From: an uncultured Clostridia bacterium
Lineage (GTDB): Bacteria; Bacillota; Clostridia; Christensenellales; Borkfalkiaceae
Direction: 5' to 3'
DNA length: 64,000 bases
NCBI GenBank assembly: GCA_947624445.1
Contig: CANQKF010000007.1
Coordinates: 1,782-65,781, forward strand
In this document: positions 8,737 through 19,339 of the stretch, in pieces
How the letters are laid out: each line of letters starts with the position of its first letter
How positions within the stretch are numbered: position 1 is the stretch's first letter
Notes under the pieces: model-generated
Seen by the model: only the letters and a program-made list of their open reading frames with translations
The model's database searches: none
Told to the model about the DNA's origin: nothing
Position numbers and translations under genes: made by a program

Positions 8737-11637
8737 TCATTTCGCGCTGTTGATCGCGGCGTTTTCAAGCGCGATCGCCTGGTTGAGCTGTGCCTGGACG
8801 TTGGAGATAATGCGGAGAAGTTTCGCCGCCGCCGTCTCGTAGCCGTCCGCATCACGCTGGTTCGCGGAATAGAGGTTCACGAGAGCCTTGAGGGTATCCT
8901 TCGCCGTCTTGCCTTCTTTGCCCTTCACGGGGGTCGCGAGGTTGTAGGCAAGGTTATCGCCCGAGCGCATCTCGATGAGGTTGATCCACGCCACGTTGTA
9001 GGTGTACATCGCGGAGTCGCGTGCGGAGTTGAGGCCGTACTGCATGCGGAGGTTGATGTCGCGGTCGTCGTATGTGAAGGTGGTCATGCGGAGGATCGCC
9101 ATCGCATAGCCGCGGTTGGAGATATCGCCGTTCGGGAACTTGCCGAGCTGGACATCCTTATACTGAGGATCGTATTGGATCTCGTGATCTGCGCCGCCGT
9201 AGGTGACTTTGCCGTTGTTGTAGCTTGCGATGAACTCGCCGACCGTCTTGCCCTGCATGCCGCGATAATCGCCGACGTTACGGGAAGCCTGGTCCATGGC
9301 AAAGGCGACTTCGTAGTAGGCGTTCCAGAGCTCTCTGCCCGCCTCGCCCTTCACGGTCGCGCTGCCTTCGGGGGTGATCATATCCTTGAAGGTACCGTTC
9401 TCATAGCCTTCGTCCTGATAGTGCAGGAAGTCGATGCACTGCTGCTTGAAGTTGGGGATCTGCGCGCCCGCATAGGTCAAGGTGACCTGCGCGGTCTCGT
9501 CGATGCTGAGCGCCATGATGAGGCTGACCGCACCTTCGACCTTCCATGCTTCGTCGCCCGTCTTCTTCTCGAGTTCTCTATTGGCCGCGAAGCCGACGGA
9601 GTCCATACGGGCGCCCCACTTATCCTGGCGGACGATCTGGTTCGCATACACTTCACCCATCGTGAAGGGTTCCGCGGGAGCCTTGCTCTCGACAGTGCTG
9701 CCGTAGTTGGAGTAGGAACCTTCGTACTTCGTCGCCGTCTTGGAAGCGTTGTCCCAAATGTAGTACTGCGGTTCATAGAACCCGTCCTTCACGGACGAAT
9801 AGAGCGCGTATTTTTCGCCTACAGCCTGAGGCATCATGCGGAATTCGCAGAGGCCCTCTTCGCCCTCTCTGAAGTCGGACTGGTTGCGGGTCGCGCTGTC
9901 CCACGTACCGGACCCGTAGAACACTTCTGCGCCGCCGCGGAAGAACGCCCAGCCGTTATCGGACTTCGTGGTGTTCTCGTCGCCGCAGTTGCCACAGTTT
10001 CCGTTCCACGTCGAGCCGTACTCAAGGAAGGCGCCGTAGGTCTCGATGAAGTTCTGCGTGTTCGCACCGTATTGGATGAGACGATTCGACGTCGTGCCGT
10101 CGAGATTCATTCTCTCCTGCTCCTCGCCGGTCGAAAGGTATGCTTCGCGCATCGCGGCGATGGTGGTGTAGCTCGGGACTTTATCAGAAAGGGCCTTCGG
10201 GGTGATGTCGTCGCCCGCGGCAGCCTTCGTCGAGCTCGAGTCGATGAAGTCGGCGTCATTGCCGTACAGCCAAGGAAGGAGGTACAGCGTCGGGCCGGGC
10301 GCGCCTTCATACTGGTCGTTGCCATAGACGTTCGTGAACACGCCCGAGGACTGCTTCATGCCGCCCGTCCCCTTGAGGGTATCCTCTGCCTTGAAGGGTT
10401 GAGGATCGCCCGCCGCGTTCTTGCAGTTCCAGTTGAAGGTGTTGTAGTAGTAGCAGATCGCCCACGTGAGCGCACCGAATTCCTGGTACGTGTAGGTGAT
10501 GTGCCCGATCGAGTTATCGTAGATGGCGTTCTCGTCGACGTCCACGGTGACCTTCTCGCCGTCCCATTCCGCCTCATCCAGATCGAAGGTCTCGCCGGGG
10601 AAGCCGGGGATGGTGACGACGTAGCCGTCGCCGTTCTCATCGCCGTCGATATCGGGCGACCAGAGCTCAACGGAGAGCGCGATGGGGTCGCCGCCGTCGA
10701 CCGCCGCCTTGTAGTTGGCGAAACGGTAGTAGTTATAGGGCTTGTAGCGGGTGGGAACGCCGATGTTGATGATGGGCGCGTCCTCGCCGATCGTCGCCGT
10801 CATTTGCTGGCCCGTGTAGGGGTTGGTGTATGTTCCCGAAACGTCGTAGGTGATGACGCCCGCGTCGTCGCCCGTGAAGGTGAGCTTCGCGGTGTTGCCG
10901 CGCGCGCCCTTGACTTCGCGCTCGGTCGTCGCCTTCTTGGTGGTCATCTCCTTCTTGAGGTCCTCGGTGAAGAACTTGGCGTTGTACGCCATGCCGAAGT
11001 TGGAGTAGTCCTTGGGCAGACCGTAGAGGCCCGTCTTGATGCCGCTCGAGGTGTAGAACCCGGGTTCGGTGACGGCCTGGCCGTTCACCTGCTCGCCGCT
11101 CGTGTAGTAGTGGATGCGGTCGCCGAGCTGATAGCCGCTCGCGGGCTGGCCCTTCTCACCGGCAAAGCCGTAGAGGCCGAGGGAATCTTCCCAGATGCCG
11201 TTGATCTGCGCGACCTGCTCTTTGTTCGAAGCGTCGATAAAGCCCGAAATATCGAGCACGCGCCCCTGTGCGGACCACGCCTTGACGTACTTGGGCGAGA
11301 GGTAGATGATATCTGCCGCATTGCCGCCCGAGAACGCTCTGTCGAGCGCCTGGAAATAGTTCTCTTGGTTGGAATCGTATTGGAAGTCGACGTTGACCTT
11401 GGTCTCATCGTCCTTGATCTCGCCCGACTGCTTCAACTGTTCCGTGTAGCGAGCCGCCCAATCGTCGCAGATCTTGCGGTTGGTCGCAGCGTCGGAGTCG
11501 TTGCAGAAGATATTGACCGTAAGGGTATACGTCTTATCTTTTCCGCCGCAACCTGCGAACGCCGCGGCGGTCCCGCAAACCATGACCGCCGAAAGGGCGA
11601 CGAGAGAAACATTTCTTGCAAGTTTCCTCTTGTTCAT
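8737..11637 (-). CDS. Extracellular solute-binding lipoprotein of the ABC transporter, unusually large (966 aa)
   Basis: MNKRKLARNVSLVALSAVMVCGTAAAFAGCGG is a signal peptide plus lipobox. The gene lies directly upstream of two permease genes, with RBS GAGGTAAAAGGA. The family call rests mainly on operon context. Confidence 0.7.
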   Translation of the reverse strand: MNKRKLARNVSLVALSAVMVCGTAAAFAGCGGKDKTYTLTVNIFCNDSDAATNRKICDDWAARYTEQLKQSGEIKDDETKVNVDFQYDSNQENYFQALDRAFSGGNAADIIYLSPKYVKAWSAQGRVLDISGFIDASNKEQVAQINGIWEDSLGLYGFAGEKGQPASGYQLGDRIHYYTSGEQVNGQAVTEPGFYTSSGIKTGLYGLPKDYSNFGMAYNAKFFTEDLKKEMTTKKATTEREVKGARGNTAKLTFTGDDAGVITYDVSGTYTNPYTGQQMTATIGEDAPIINIGVPTRYKPYNYYRFANYKAAVDGGDPIALSVELWSPDIDGDENGDGYVVTIPGFPGETFDLDEAEWDGEKVTVDVDENAIYDNSIGHITYTYQEFGALTWAICYYYNTFNWNCKNAAGDPQPFKAEDTLKGTGGMKQSSGVFTNVYGNDQYEGAPGPTLYLLPWLYGNDADFIDSSSTKAAAGDDITPKALSDKVPSYTTIAAMREAYLSTGEEQERMNLDGTTSNRLIQYGANTQNFIETYGAFLEYGSTWNGNCGNCGDENTTKSDNGWAFFRGGAEVFYGSGTWDSATRNQSDFREGEEGLCEFRMMPQAVGEKYALYSSVKDGFYEPQYYIWDNASKTATKYEGSYSNYGSTVESKAPAEPFTMGEVYANQIVRQDKWGARMDSVGFAANRELEKKTGDEAWKVEGAVSLIMALSIDETAQVTLTYAGAQIPNFKQQCIDFLHYQDEGYENGTFKDMITPEGSATVKGEAGRELWNAYYEVAFAMDQASRNVGDYRGMQGKTVGEFIASYNNGKVTYGGADHEIQYDPQYKDVQLGKFPNGDISNRGYAMAILRMTTFTYDDRDINLRMQYGLNSARDSAMYTYNVAWINLIEMRSGDNLAYNLATPVKGKEGKTAKDTLKALVNLYSANQRDADGYETAAAKLLRIISNVQAQLNQAIALENAAINSAK

Positions 11638-11895
11638 TCCTTTTACCTCTTATAAAATTTCTTTGTACGCGCCCCGCTTCCCGCGTTGTCGGCGGGCTCC
11701 TCCGCGCGTTTGGGGGATACGCGGCGGGAGCACGCTTTCTCGGCGATGTTCGGGAGACTTCAACGTTATGCGCATGAAAATGAAAAAAGCACCCGCATTT
11801 TTTACGATAGCTCTTCCGGAAAAGAGCGTGCGCAAAAAAACGAATGCTTCTCACATCATGACTTTCCCCCTGTCGTCATTGCGTGTACTATCATT

Positions 11896-11924
11896 ATCAT
11901 AGCACGCTTCGGGGCGGTTGTCAA
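11896..11924 (-). promoter_or_regulatory. Sigma-A-type promoter upstream of the binding-protein gene
   Basis: Minus strand reads TTGACA (11924..11919), a 17-nt spacer, then TATGAT (11901..11896). This implies a leader of about 250 nt. Confidence 0.5.
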
Positions 11925-12054
11925 TGCTATTTGGAAATTTTTTTGTGAAAAGTTCCTCTTTTTTTTGGATTTTTTTGGTCGAATTCACCAAAAACCTTTC
12001 TTTTTCCCCACTTCGCAAGCGCGGCGCGGGGGAGCGTGCCGCCCGCTCCGCCGC

Positions 12055-13476
12055 TCACATGGCGGGCGTCCGCACGAAATAATAGAAGGTCCCGTCCTCG
12101 CCGCAGGGGCGCATGCCCGCGGCGGAGAGCATGGCCCGCGAACGGGCGTTTTCGCGGTAGCACTTCGCCTCCACCCGCTCGAGATCGAGCCGCGCGAAGG
12201 CGTAACCGGTGAGCGCTTCGACGGCCTCCCGCGCATAGCCCTGCCCCTCGCAGTCCGCAAACAGCCGCACGCCGATCTCCGCTTCGGCGCGGTAGCCGAA
12301 GTTGTGCAGCACGGCCTCGCCGATCAGCCTGCCCTCCGCGTAGATCCCGAGGGGCATCTCCCTGCGGTGGCGGAAATCCTCCCGCGCCCCCGCTAAAAAC
12401 CATACGTCCCCCGGCGTTTGGGCGCCCGCGGGCAGGTCCGCGCGCCAATCGTAGCCCCAATAGCGGTTGCGGACGGGGTCGGAGGCGAGGCGGGCATACG
12501 CGGCGGCGTCGGCGTCCGCAACGGGGCGGAGCACCAGCCGCGGCGTGCGCACTTCGGGCAGGGCGGAAACGCGGTCGATCGCCCGCTTGGGGATGACCGT
12601 GAATTTATCCACCACTTCCAGCGGGTGATACTGCAATTTCGACTTACGCAGCCCCATGTCGCCCGCGTCGTCCATGCGGTTCATGTAGCGGGCGTCTCCC
12701 GCGAACATGCGGGCGAATTCCTGCGCGAGAACGGGGTACGCCCCCTCATAATCGCGCAGCGCCTTCTCGATGTGCACGACGACCATGTCCCCGCAGCGCT
12801 CCCCGACGGAGAGCCCCACGACGCGGCCCTCCGCCCGCAGCGCGCCCCCGAACAGCTCGAGCGCGCCGAGGCGGGGCAGGATCTCGTAGACCTCCTGCAT
12901 CTCGCGGCGGGCGAGAAGGGTGCCCTTGGCGCACTGTCCCGCGGCGTATTCGCGCAAAAAAACATCTACGTCCTCCCCCGTTTCTGCGGCGAGGGGGGTG
13001 AAGGTGTAATCGGGGTACAGGCGGCGGAACTTCGCGGCATGGTTGCGCTGCCCCGCATACTTCTTGCCGGGGTAGTTGCGGAAATCGTCCGCCGTATACA
13101 GATAGTCCCGCCAGCGGCGACTGTTCGAGACGTTCGCCTCGCCGTAGCGCGCGAGCACGAAGGTCAAACGGTCCCGCGGGATGTTCGTAAAATGCAGACG
13201 TACCCCCGCGTTTCTGCAAAACGCCTCGATCTCCGAAAGCGCGGCGTCCTCCTCCGCGGGGTCGCCGCGGAGGGAGAGCGGAAAGTGGTAGTAGCAGTTC
13301 CCCGAAAAGTACTCGCGCAGGACAAGACAGCCCGCTACGACGGCGTATTCGGGCTTTAAGGCGTCGTACCACATGAATTGGTATCCGAGCGAGAAATCCG
13401 CAAGGTGCAGGCGTTGCGCCGCGAAATAGGGCGCGAGCGTCTCCTGATGCATGCGATCAAGCGGTTGGAATTCCAT
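12055..13476 (-). CDS. DUF2156 (MprF C-terminal-like) domain fused to a RimJ/RimL-type GNAT N-acetyltransferase
   Basis: The N-terminal 300 aa show the DUF2156 pattern (FMWYDALKPEY, DYLYTADDF, GKKYAGQRNHAAKF, HIEKALRDYEGAYP, GLRKSKLQYHP). The C-terminal part is GNAT-like (LRPVADADAAAYARL ... GYAREAVEAL). Confidence 0.7.
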   Translation of the reverse strand: MEFQPLDRMHQETLAPYFAAQRLHLADFSLGYQFMWYDALKPEYAVVAGCLVLREYFSGNCYYHFPLSLRGDPAEEDAALSEIEAFCRNAGVRLHFTNIPRDRLTFVLARYGEANVSNSRRWRDYLYTADDFRNYPGKKYAGQRNHAAKFRRLYPDYTFTPLAAETGEDVDVFLREYAAGQCAKGTLLARREMQEVYEILPRLGALELFGGALRAEGRVVGLSVGERCGDMVVVHIEKALRDYEGAYPVLAQEFARMFAGDARYMNRMDDAGDMGLRKSKLQYHPLEVVDKFTVIPKRAIDRVSALPEVRTPRLVLRPVADADAAAYARLASDPVRNRYWGYDWRADLPAGAQTPGDVWFLAGAREDFRHRREMPLGIYAEGRLIGEAVLHNFGYRAEAEIGVRLFADCEGQGYAREAVEALTGYAFARLDLERVEAKCYRENARSRAMLSAAGMRPCGEDGTFYYFVRTPAM

Positions 13477-13560
13477 ATGAAAGCCCCGAAATACATCGGG
13501 GCGTCACTCCTTTTTTTGAATTTTTCGACCCACGTCCCCCGCCGAACGGGAGGGGCGCCG

Positions 13561-14460
13561 TCAGTGCACGTTGTCGAGGATATCGAGCATTTCCGAGATC
13601 CTGTCGAGGTCGTCGCGCGTGTAATAATCGATATAGATCCTGCCCTTTTGCTCGGTGCCGATGAGCCCGACCTTCGTCTTGAACGTCTCGCGGAGGCGTT
13701 CGATGAAGTGGGTGAGTTCGGCGTTCACCTGCGCGTTCTTCTTTTTCTTGGCGCTCGCGAGCACTTCGGGCGGGTTGAGGTGCTGTTTCACGGCGCGCTC
13801 CATCTCGCGGACGGACCACCCGCCCGAGACGCACGCCTTGGCGAGTTCGGGCTGTTCGTCCATGGGGACGGGCACGAGCGCGCGGGCATGGCCCTCGGAG
13901 AGCTTCCCTTCCCGCACGAGGGCGATGACGTCGCCGTGCAGTTTCAGAAGGCGCATGGTGTTGGCGATCGCCGAGCGGGACTTGCCGAGCTGCTTGGCGA
14001 GGACGTCCTGCGTCAGGTTGAACTCTTCGAGCAGCCGCTTCATGCCGAACGCCGCGTCGATGGGGTTGAGGTCCTCGCGCTGCAGGTTCTCGATGAGCGA
14101 GATCTCCTGGATCTCCTTTTCGCCGAGTTCGCGGATGACGACGGGCACCCGTTCGAGGCCCGCGCGCATGGCGGCGCGGTACCTGCGCTCGCCCGCGATG
14201 ATCATATACGTCTCGTCGCCTTCCTTGTTGCGATTGACGATGAGCGGGCTGATGACGCCGTGCTCGCGGATGGAATTCGCGAGGTCGTTGAGCGCGTTCT
14301 CATCGAACACTTTGCGCGGCTGGTTGGGGTTGGGGAAGATCCGCGAAATGGGGACTTCCGTCGTCGCTTCGCCCGCTTCTCCCACGGCCTGACCCGCTTC
14401 GTAAGCCTCCTCCGTATCCGAAAACAGCGCGGAAAGCCCGCGGCCTAACCTTTTTTTCAT
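13561..14460 (-). CDS. parB: Chromosome partitioning protein ParB/Spo0J
   Basis: KKRLGRGLSALF, the ParB box IIAGERRYRAA, and the HTH TQDVLAKQLGKSRSAIANTMRLLKL. It lies 3 nt downstream of parA. Confidence 0.95.
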   Translation of the reverse strand: MKKRLGRGLSALFSDTEEAYEAGQAVGEAGEATTEVPISRIFPNPNQPRKVFDENALNDLANSIREHGVISPLIVNRNKEGDETYMIIAGERRYRAAMRAGLERVPVVIRELGEKEIQEISLIENLQREDLNPIDAAFGMKRLLEEFNLTQDVLAKQLGKSRSAIANTMRLLKLHGDVIALVREGKLSEGHARALVPVPMDEQPELAKACVSGGWSVREMERAVKQHLNPPEVLASAKKKKNAQVNAELTHFIERLRETFKTKVGLIGTEQKGRIYIDYYTRDDLDRISEMLDILDNVH

Positions 14461-14463
14461 CGC

Positions 14464-15237
<774 letters not shown>

Positions 15238-15251
15238 ATACGTCCCCCCGC

Positions 15252-17279
15252 TTATTGATCGGAAGCCCCGCCGTCCTCATCGGTCGGTGCGGGCGTTTGC
15301 TGCGCCGCGGGACGGGCGGAGTTCTCTGCCGTCTCCTTCTGGCGGAAGGGCTCGTCGGGCGCGTTCTTATCGTGCTCTTCCATGTATTTGAGCACTTCCT
15401 CGTAGCTCTTGCCCTGCATGAGCATATCCACTTCCGCGGTGTAGATCGTCTCGCGTTCCACGAGCACGCGCGCCATGTTGTCGAGGATGGAGCGGTTCTC
15501 GGTGAGCAGTTTCTTCGCCCGCTCGTACTCTTCGGAGACGATCCGCTTGACCTCTTCGTCGATGACGCCCGCCGTCTCCTCGCTGTATGTCGCGCGCTCC
15601 TCGAAGTCTCTGCCGAGGAACACGGGGCCGTCGGAGGAATAGGCGATGGGCCCGAGTTTATCGCTCATGCCCCATTCCGTGACCATCTTGCGGGCGATCT
15701 GCGTGACCTGACGGATATCGCCCGAGGCGCCCGAAGAGACGTCGTGCAGCACGATCTCCTCGGCGACCCTGCCCCCGAGCCCCGAGCAGATCTGCGCGCG
15801 GAGGGAGTTCACGGTCTCGAGATTGTTGTCCGATTCGGGGCGGTAGAGCGTGTACCCGCCCGCGGGGCCGCGCGGGATGATGGAGACTTCCTGCACGTTG
15901 TCGCGGTCGTGGCAGAGCTTGCCGAGCACGGCGTGCCCCGATTCGTGGTAGGCGGTGAGCTTCTTCTCCTGCTCGGTGACGACGCGGCTCTTCTTCTGGG
16001 GGCCCATGATGACCTTGTTGATGCCCTCGTAGAGCTCGAGGTTGCCGATGAGCGACTTGCCCGCACGCGCGGCGAGGATCGCCGCCTCGTTGAGCAGATT
16101 GGCAAGATCCGCGCCCGAGAACCCGCTCGTGATGCGCGCGATCACCTTGAAATTGACGTCGGGCGCCAGAGGCTTGTTGCGCGCATGGACCTTCAAAATT
16201 TGTTCACGCCCCTTAACATCGGGCAAGTTGACGTAGATCTGGCGGTCGAAGCGGCCGGGGCGCAGGAGCGCGTTATCGAGGATATCTGCGCGGTTGGTCG
16301 CCGCCATGACGATGACGCCCTCGTTGGTCTCGAAGCCGTCCATCTGCACGAGGATCTGGTTTAAGGTCTGCTCGCGTTCGTCGTGCCCGCCGCCGAGCCC
16401 CGCACCGCGTTGCCGCCCCACAGCGTCGATCTCATCGATAAAGATGATGCAGGGCTGGTTCCGCTTGGCGAGATCGAAGAGGTCGCGCACACGCGAGGCA
16501 CCGACGCCGACGTACATCTCGACGAAATCCGAGCCGCTCGCCGAGAAGAAGGGCACGCCCGCCTCCCCCGCGACGGCACGGGCGAAGAGCGTTTTGCCCG
16601 TTCCGGGCGGCCCGACGAGCAGCACGCCCTTGGGGATCTTCGCCCCGAGATCGGAGAACTTCTTGGGATTTTTGAGGAACTCGACGACTTCCGCGAGCTC
16701 TTCCTTTTCCTCTTCCGCCCCCGCGACATCGGTAAACCGCACTTTGATGTTGCTCGAAACGTGCGCCTTCGTCTTGCCGAAGTTCATGATCTTGCCGTTG
16801 CCGCCCATCGTCATGCGCAGCACGACGATGAAGAGCACGATCCCGAGCACAAGCCCCGCAATGTAAATGAAGTTGCTCCAACCCGCCCCCGCGTTGGGAT
16901 CCTCGAATTCGACCGTGATCCCGCGGGCCTCCAACGCCTCAATGCTGTACTGCGAATCGCCGTTGGGATTGTAGTTGCTGGGGCCGATCGTCCAATAGCT
17001 GTAATTACGCCCGTGTTCGGTATAGCCGTACCAACGGTATCCGTCGAAACGAATGCGATAGATGCGATTCTCCGCCGCGATCTCGACGCTCGGTTCTTTC
17101 TCACCGGGGGCGAGCCGCAACAGTTCGAAGAAACCTGCGTCCGCTTCGCTCGTGTACTCGGGGTTGCTGAACACACGCTTTTTGCTGCCCGTGTCCAGCT
17201 CTCGGAACAGAAAGACAAGCCCGATCCCAAGCACCGCGACGAGAACGACCGCGATGATGATTTTAACTGTCTTGCTCAA
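15252..17279 (-). CDS. ftsH: ATP-dependent zinc metalloprotease FtsH
   Basis: GPPGTGKT Walker A, AAA+ core, and the HESGHA zinc site. TTG start at 17279 after AAAGGAGATAAGAG. Confidence 0.95.
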   Translation of the reverse strand: MSKTVKIIIAVVLVAVLGIGLVFLFRELDTGSKKRVFSNPEYTSEADAGFFELLRLAPGEKEPSVEIAAENRIYRIRFDGYRWYGYTEHGRNYSYWTIGPSNYNPNGDSQYSIEALEARGITVEFEDPNAGAGWSNFIYIAGLVLGIVLFIVVLRMTMGGNGKIMNFGKTKAHVSSNIKVRFTDVAGAEEEKEELAEVVEFLKNPKKFSDLGAKIPKGVLLVGPPGTGKTLFARAVAGEAGVPFFSASGSDFVEMYVGVGASRVRDLFDLAKRNQPCIIFIDEIDAVGRQRGAGLGGGHDEREQTLNQILVQMDGFETNEGVIVMAATNRADILDNALLRPGRFDRQIYVNLPDVKGREQILKVHARNKPLAPDVNFKVIARITSGFSGADLANLLNEAAILAARAGKSLIGNLELYEGINKVIMGPQKKSRVVTEQEKKLTAYHESGHAVLGKLCHDRDNVQEVSIIPRGPAGGYTLYRPESDNNLETVNSLRAQICSGLGGRVAEEIVLHDVSSGASGDIRQVTQIARKMVTEWGMSDKLGPIAYSSDGPVFLGRDFEERATYSEETAGVIDEEVKRIVSEEYERAKKLLTENRSILDNMARVLVERETIYTAEVDMLMQGKSYEEVLKYMEEHDKNAPDEPFRQKETAENSARPAAQQTPAPTDEDGGASDQ

Positions 17280-17493
17280 CTCTTATCTCCTTTTTTTATT
17301 GCTGATTATACGACCGCACATAGCTTGTGCAATCGGGACAAGATTCATTATATCACAAAGGCCGTCGCTTGGCAAGTGTTTCGCGGAAAATCTTTCCTGA
17401 ATTTTCGAAATATCGTAAATTTGTCCCGCCAAAGGCATTTTATGCGTATTTGGGTTGATTTTTGCGCGTTTCACGGCGGTTTTTTCCGAAAAT

Positions 17494-17509
17494 TGTTTCA
17501 CATGAAACA
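17494..17509. promoter_or_regulatory. parS site (one mismatch to the palindromic consensus)
   Basis: TGTTTCACATGAAACA compared with TGTTNCACGTGAAACA. Confidence 0.8.
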
Positions 17510-17536
17510 ATCAAAACGAAAAATCGTCATTTGCAT

Positions 17537-17552
17537 TGTTTCACGTGAAACA
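17537..17552. promoter_or_regulatory. parS site, perfect 16-bp palindrome
   Basis: TGTTTCACGTGAAACA matches the Firmicutes parS consensus at every position. Confidence 0.9.
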
Positions 17553-17574
17553 TTCAGCGCAAGAGAACTGCATG

Positions 17575-17597
17575 GTTTCACGAAATTGGCGTGAAAC
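17575..17597. promoter_or_regulatory. Split parS-like element (two half-sites separated by about 9 nt)
   Basis: GTTTCAC-gaaattggc-GTGAAAC. A further half-site, GTTTCAC, sits at 17468..17474. Confidence 0.4.
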
Positions 17598-17663
17598 GGT
17601 TATAGGGTGCATTTTTGAAAAAACCCCGCATGGAAACGCATGTGGGGAAGCGGGAAAAACAAT

Positions 17664-18197
17664 TCAGCGTAGGAATTGCAGGCTCGCCGCCCATTGGAAC
17701 CAACCGGTGCGGTAGATCCCGCCGACGACTTTGCTCGACGCGAGGAACTGCATGATCCCATCGGCGTTGATCAGGCGGCAGAGTGCGAGGATGACGAACG
17801 CGAGCAGGAATGCTTCGAAGAGCCCGAGTAGCCCGCCGAGGCAGCGGTTGACGACGGCAAACGGCTTGAATTTCTCGATGAGCGCCGTGAGGAGCTTTCC
17901 GAGCAGCCACGCGAGCAGCTTGATCCCGACGAGCAGAATGATAAAACTGATGACGATACACAGAACCTCGGCGATCGCATACCCGAGGGCGCCCGCCATC
18001 GCATTGGTGATTGCGGTGAGTGAGTTGTGCAGCGGAACGCAGAATGCCACGGCTCCGACGACGGAAAAGACCGTTCCCGCGATCTTGCAGATCCCCTTCA
18101 CGAAGCCGACCATCGTACCGATGATGAGCCCAACGCCGAGGAGCACGCAAAAGATCACGTCGACCGTGACGCCGCCCGCTTGCGCAAGAAAAAGCAT
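17664..18197 (-). CDS. cvpA: CvpA family membrane protein
   Basis: Four-TM protein with the CvpA-type motif VVNRCLGGLLGLFEAFLL. Confidence 0.7.
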   Translation of the reverse strand: MLFLAQAGGVTVDVIFCVLLGVGLIIGTMVGFVKGICKIAGTVFSVVGAVAFCVPLHNSLTAITNAMAGALGYAIAEVLCIVISFIILLVGIKLLAWLLGKLLTALIEKFKPFAVVNRCLGGLLGLFEAFLLAFVILALCRLINADGIMQFLASSKVVGGIYRTGWFQWAASLQFLR

Positions 18198-18320
18198 AGG
18201 AACCTCCCGAATGAATTTTCTCTATTATATCACCATTGCGGCGAAAAGTCATACATTTTCCATGAATTTCTTATAAAATCTCGCAGTTTGGGCAACAATC
18301 AAGCCGCAAAAGGGGGAAAC

Positions 18321-18863
18321 ATGGAGTTCGCGTTTCATTTCCACAATACCATGGCGGGGACGGGCATCATGATGGCTCTGCGCAAGAGCCTCTCGGCACA
18401 GGAGGCGCCGCCCGTGATCCTGTGCATCGGCAGCGATCTCGCCGTGGGCGACAGTCTGGGCCCGCTCGCGGGGACCTTGCTGTGCGGCATGCCCTTCGAG
18501 GGATTTATCTACGGGACGCTGCGGACGCCCGTGACGGCGAAAGAAGTCCGCTATCTCGAGGGATTTCTGCGCAAAACGCACCCGAAGAGCAAGATCGTCG
18601 CCATCGACGCGGCCGTCGGCGATGAAAACGACGTCGGGCTGATCAAAGTGATCGACGCACCGCTCCGCCCAGGTGCGGGCGCGAATAAACGGCTGGGCAA
18701 GGTGGGGGACGTCTCCATTCTCGGCATCGTCGCGCGGAAATCGCCCTTTGCGTACTCGCTGCTCAACCTCACGCGGCTGAATATGGTCTATGCGATGGCG
18801 CACACGATCGCTTGCGCCGTCGCCGATACCGTCAATGCGCTCCCGGCGCAAATAATTTGTTAA
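18321..18863 (+). CDS. yyaC: Sporulation protein YyaC (GPR-like protease family)
   Basis: Start at ATG 18321 after AAGGGGGAAAC. ILCIGSDLAVGDSLGPLAG and IVAIDAAVG match YyaC. The position near parAB resembles Bacillus. Confidence 0.8.
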   Translation: MEFAFHFHNTMAGTGIMMALRKSLSAQEAPPVILCIGSDLAVGDSLGPLAGTLLCGMPFEGFIYGTLRTPVTAKEVRYLEGFLRKTHPKSKIVAIDAAVGDENDVGLIKVIDAPLRPGAGANKRLGKVGDVSILGIVARKSPFAYSLLNLTRLNMVYAMAHTIACAVADTVNALPAQIIC

Positions 18864-18948
18864 TTTCTAACATTTATTCTAATATTTTTATATGATTTTG
18901 TTAGAAATAGTCATAAAATGTTGATTTGTGAAAAATTTGTTTGTATTA

Positions 18949-18977
18949 TTGACGAACTTCATCGCGCGCGATAAAAT
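18949..18977 (+). promoter_or_regulatory. Sigma-A-type promoter of the small ORF
   Basis: TTGACG, a 17-nt spacer, then TAAAAT, within an A/T-rich gap. Confidence 0.55.
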
Positions 18978-19005
18978 AGAGACAAGTTCAAAAGGAGGTA
19001 GAATC

Positions 19006-19236
19006 ATGGTCAAGAAAACAAAAACAAAGACGTATGATACGGCTACGGCGACCGTCATCAAGAAGGTCACCTGCGGCAACTACGGCGATCCTGCGGGCTA
19101 TGAGATGACGCTTTTCGAGACTGCGGACGGGGACTACTTCCTCTACACCTACGGCGGTGCGGAGTCCCCCTATGCGAAAGAAAATATCGTTTCTCTCACC
19201 AAGGCCAAGGCGCAGAAATGGCTTGAGGAAAACTGA
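19006..19236 (+). CDS. Small hypothetical protein (76 aa)
   Basis: ATG 19006 follows AAAGGAGGTAGAATC. Product is MVKKTKTKTYDTATATVIKKVTCGNYGDPAGYEMTLFETADGDYFLY... A terminator follows. No family recognised. Confidence 0.6.
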   Translation: MVKKTKTKTYDTATATVIKKVTCGNYGDPAGYEMTLFETADGDYFLYTYGGAESPYAKENIVSLTKAKAQKWLEEN

Positions 19237-19313
19237 ATTTCCGCAAGTTCCGCCCGCGCGGGTGCGCTTGCGGGCCGAAGCGGTCCGCGCACGTTCCGAT
19301 CGGCGCAACGAAA

Positions 19314-19339
19314 ACAGTGAGGCGACTCGCTGTTTTTTT
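19314..19339 (+). terminator. Intrinsic terminator
   Basis: ACAGTGAG-gcga-CTCGCTGT followed by T7. Confidence 0.7.

Noticed and set aside
8716-11655. 979-aa plus-strand ORF
   Set aside because: It lies exactly antisense to the binding-protein gene. The product is Arg/Val/Asp/His/Gly-rich with no motifs. This is the typical shadow ORF of a high-G+C gene with C-ending codons.
11846-11868. Two-codon mini-ORF (ATG ATG TGA) with a perfect GGGGGAAAG SD in the long leader of the binding-protein gene (minus strand)
   Set aside because: It could be chance, and it is too short to evaluate without conservation or ribosome-profiling data.
18863-18908. 10-bp A/T inverted repeat ATTTCTAACA...TGTTAGAAAT with a 26-nt spacer after yyaC
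   Set aside because: The stem is weak with a large loop, in generally A/T-rich promoter DNA. It could be a poor terminator or chance, and I have nothing further to support it.
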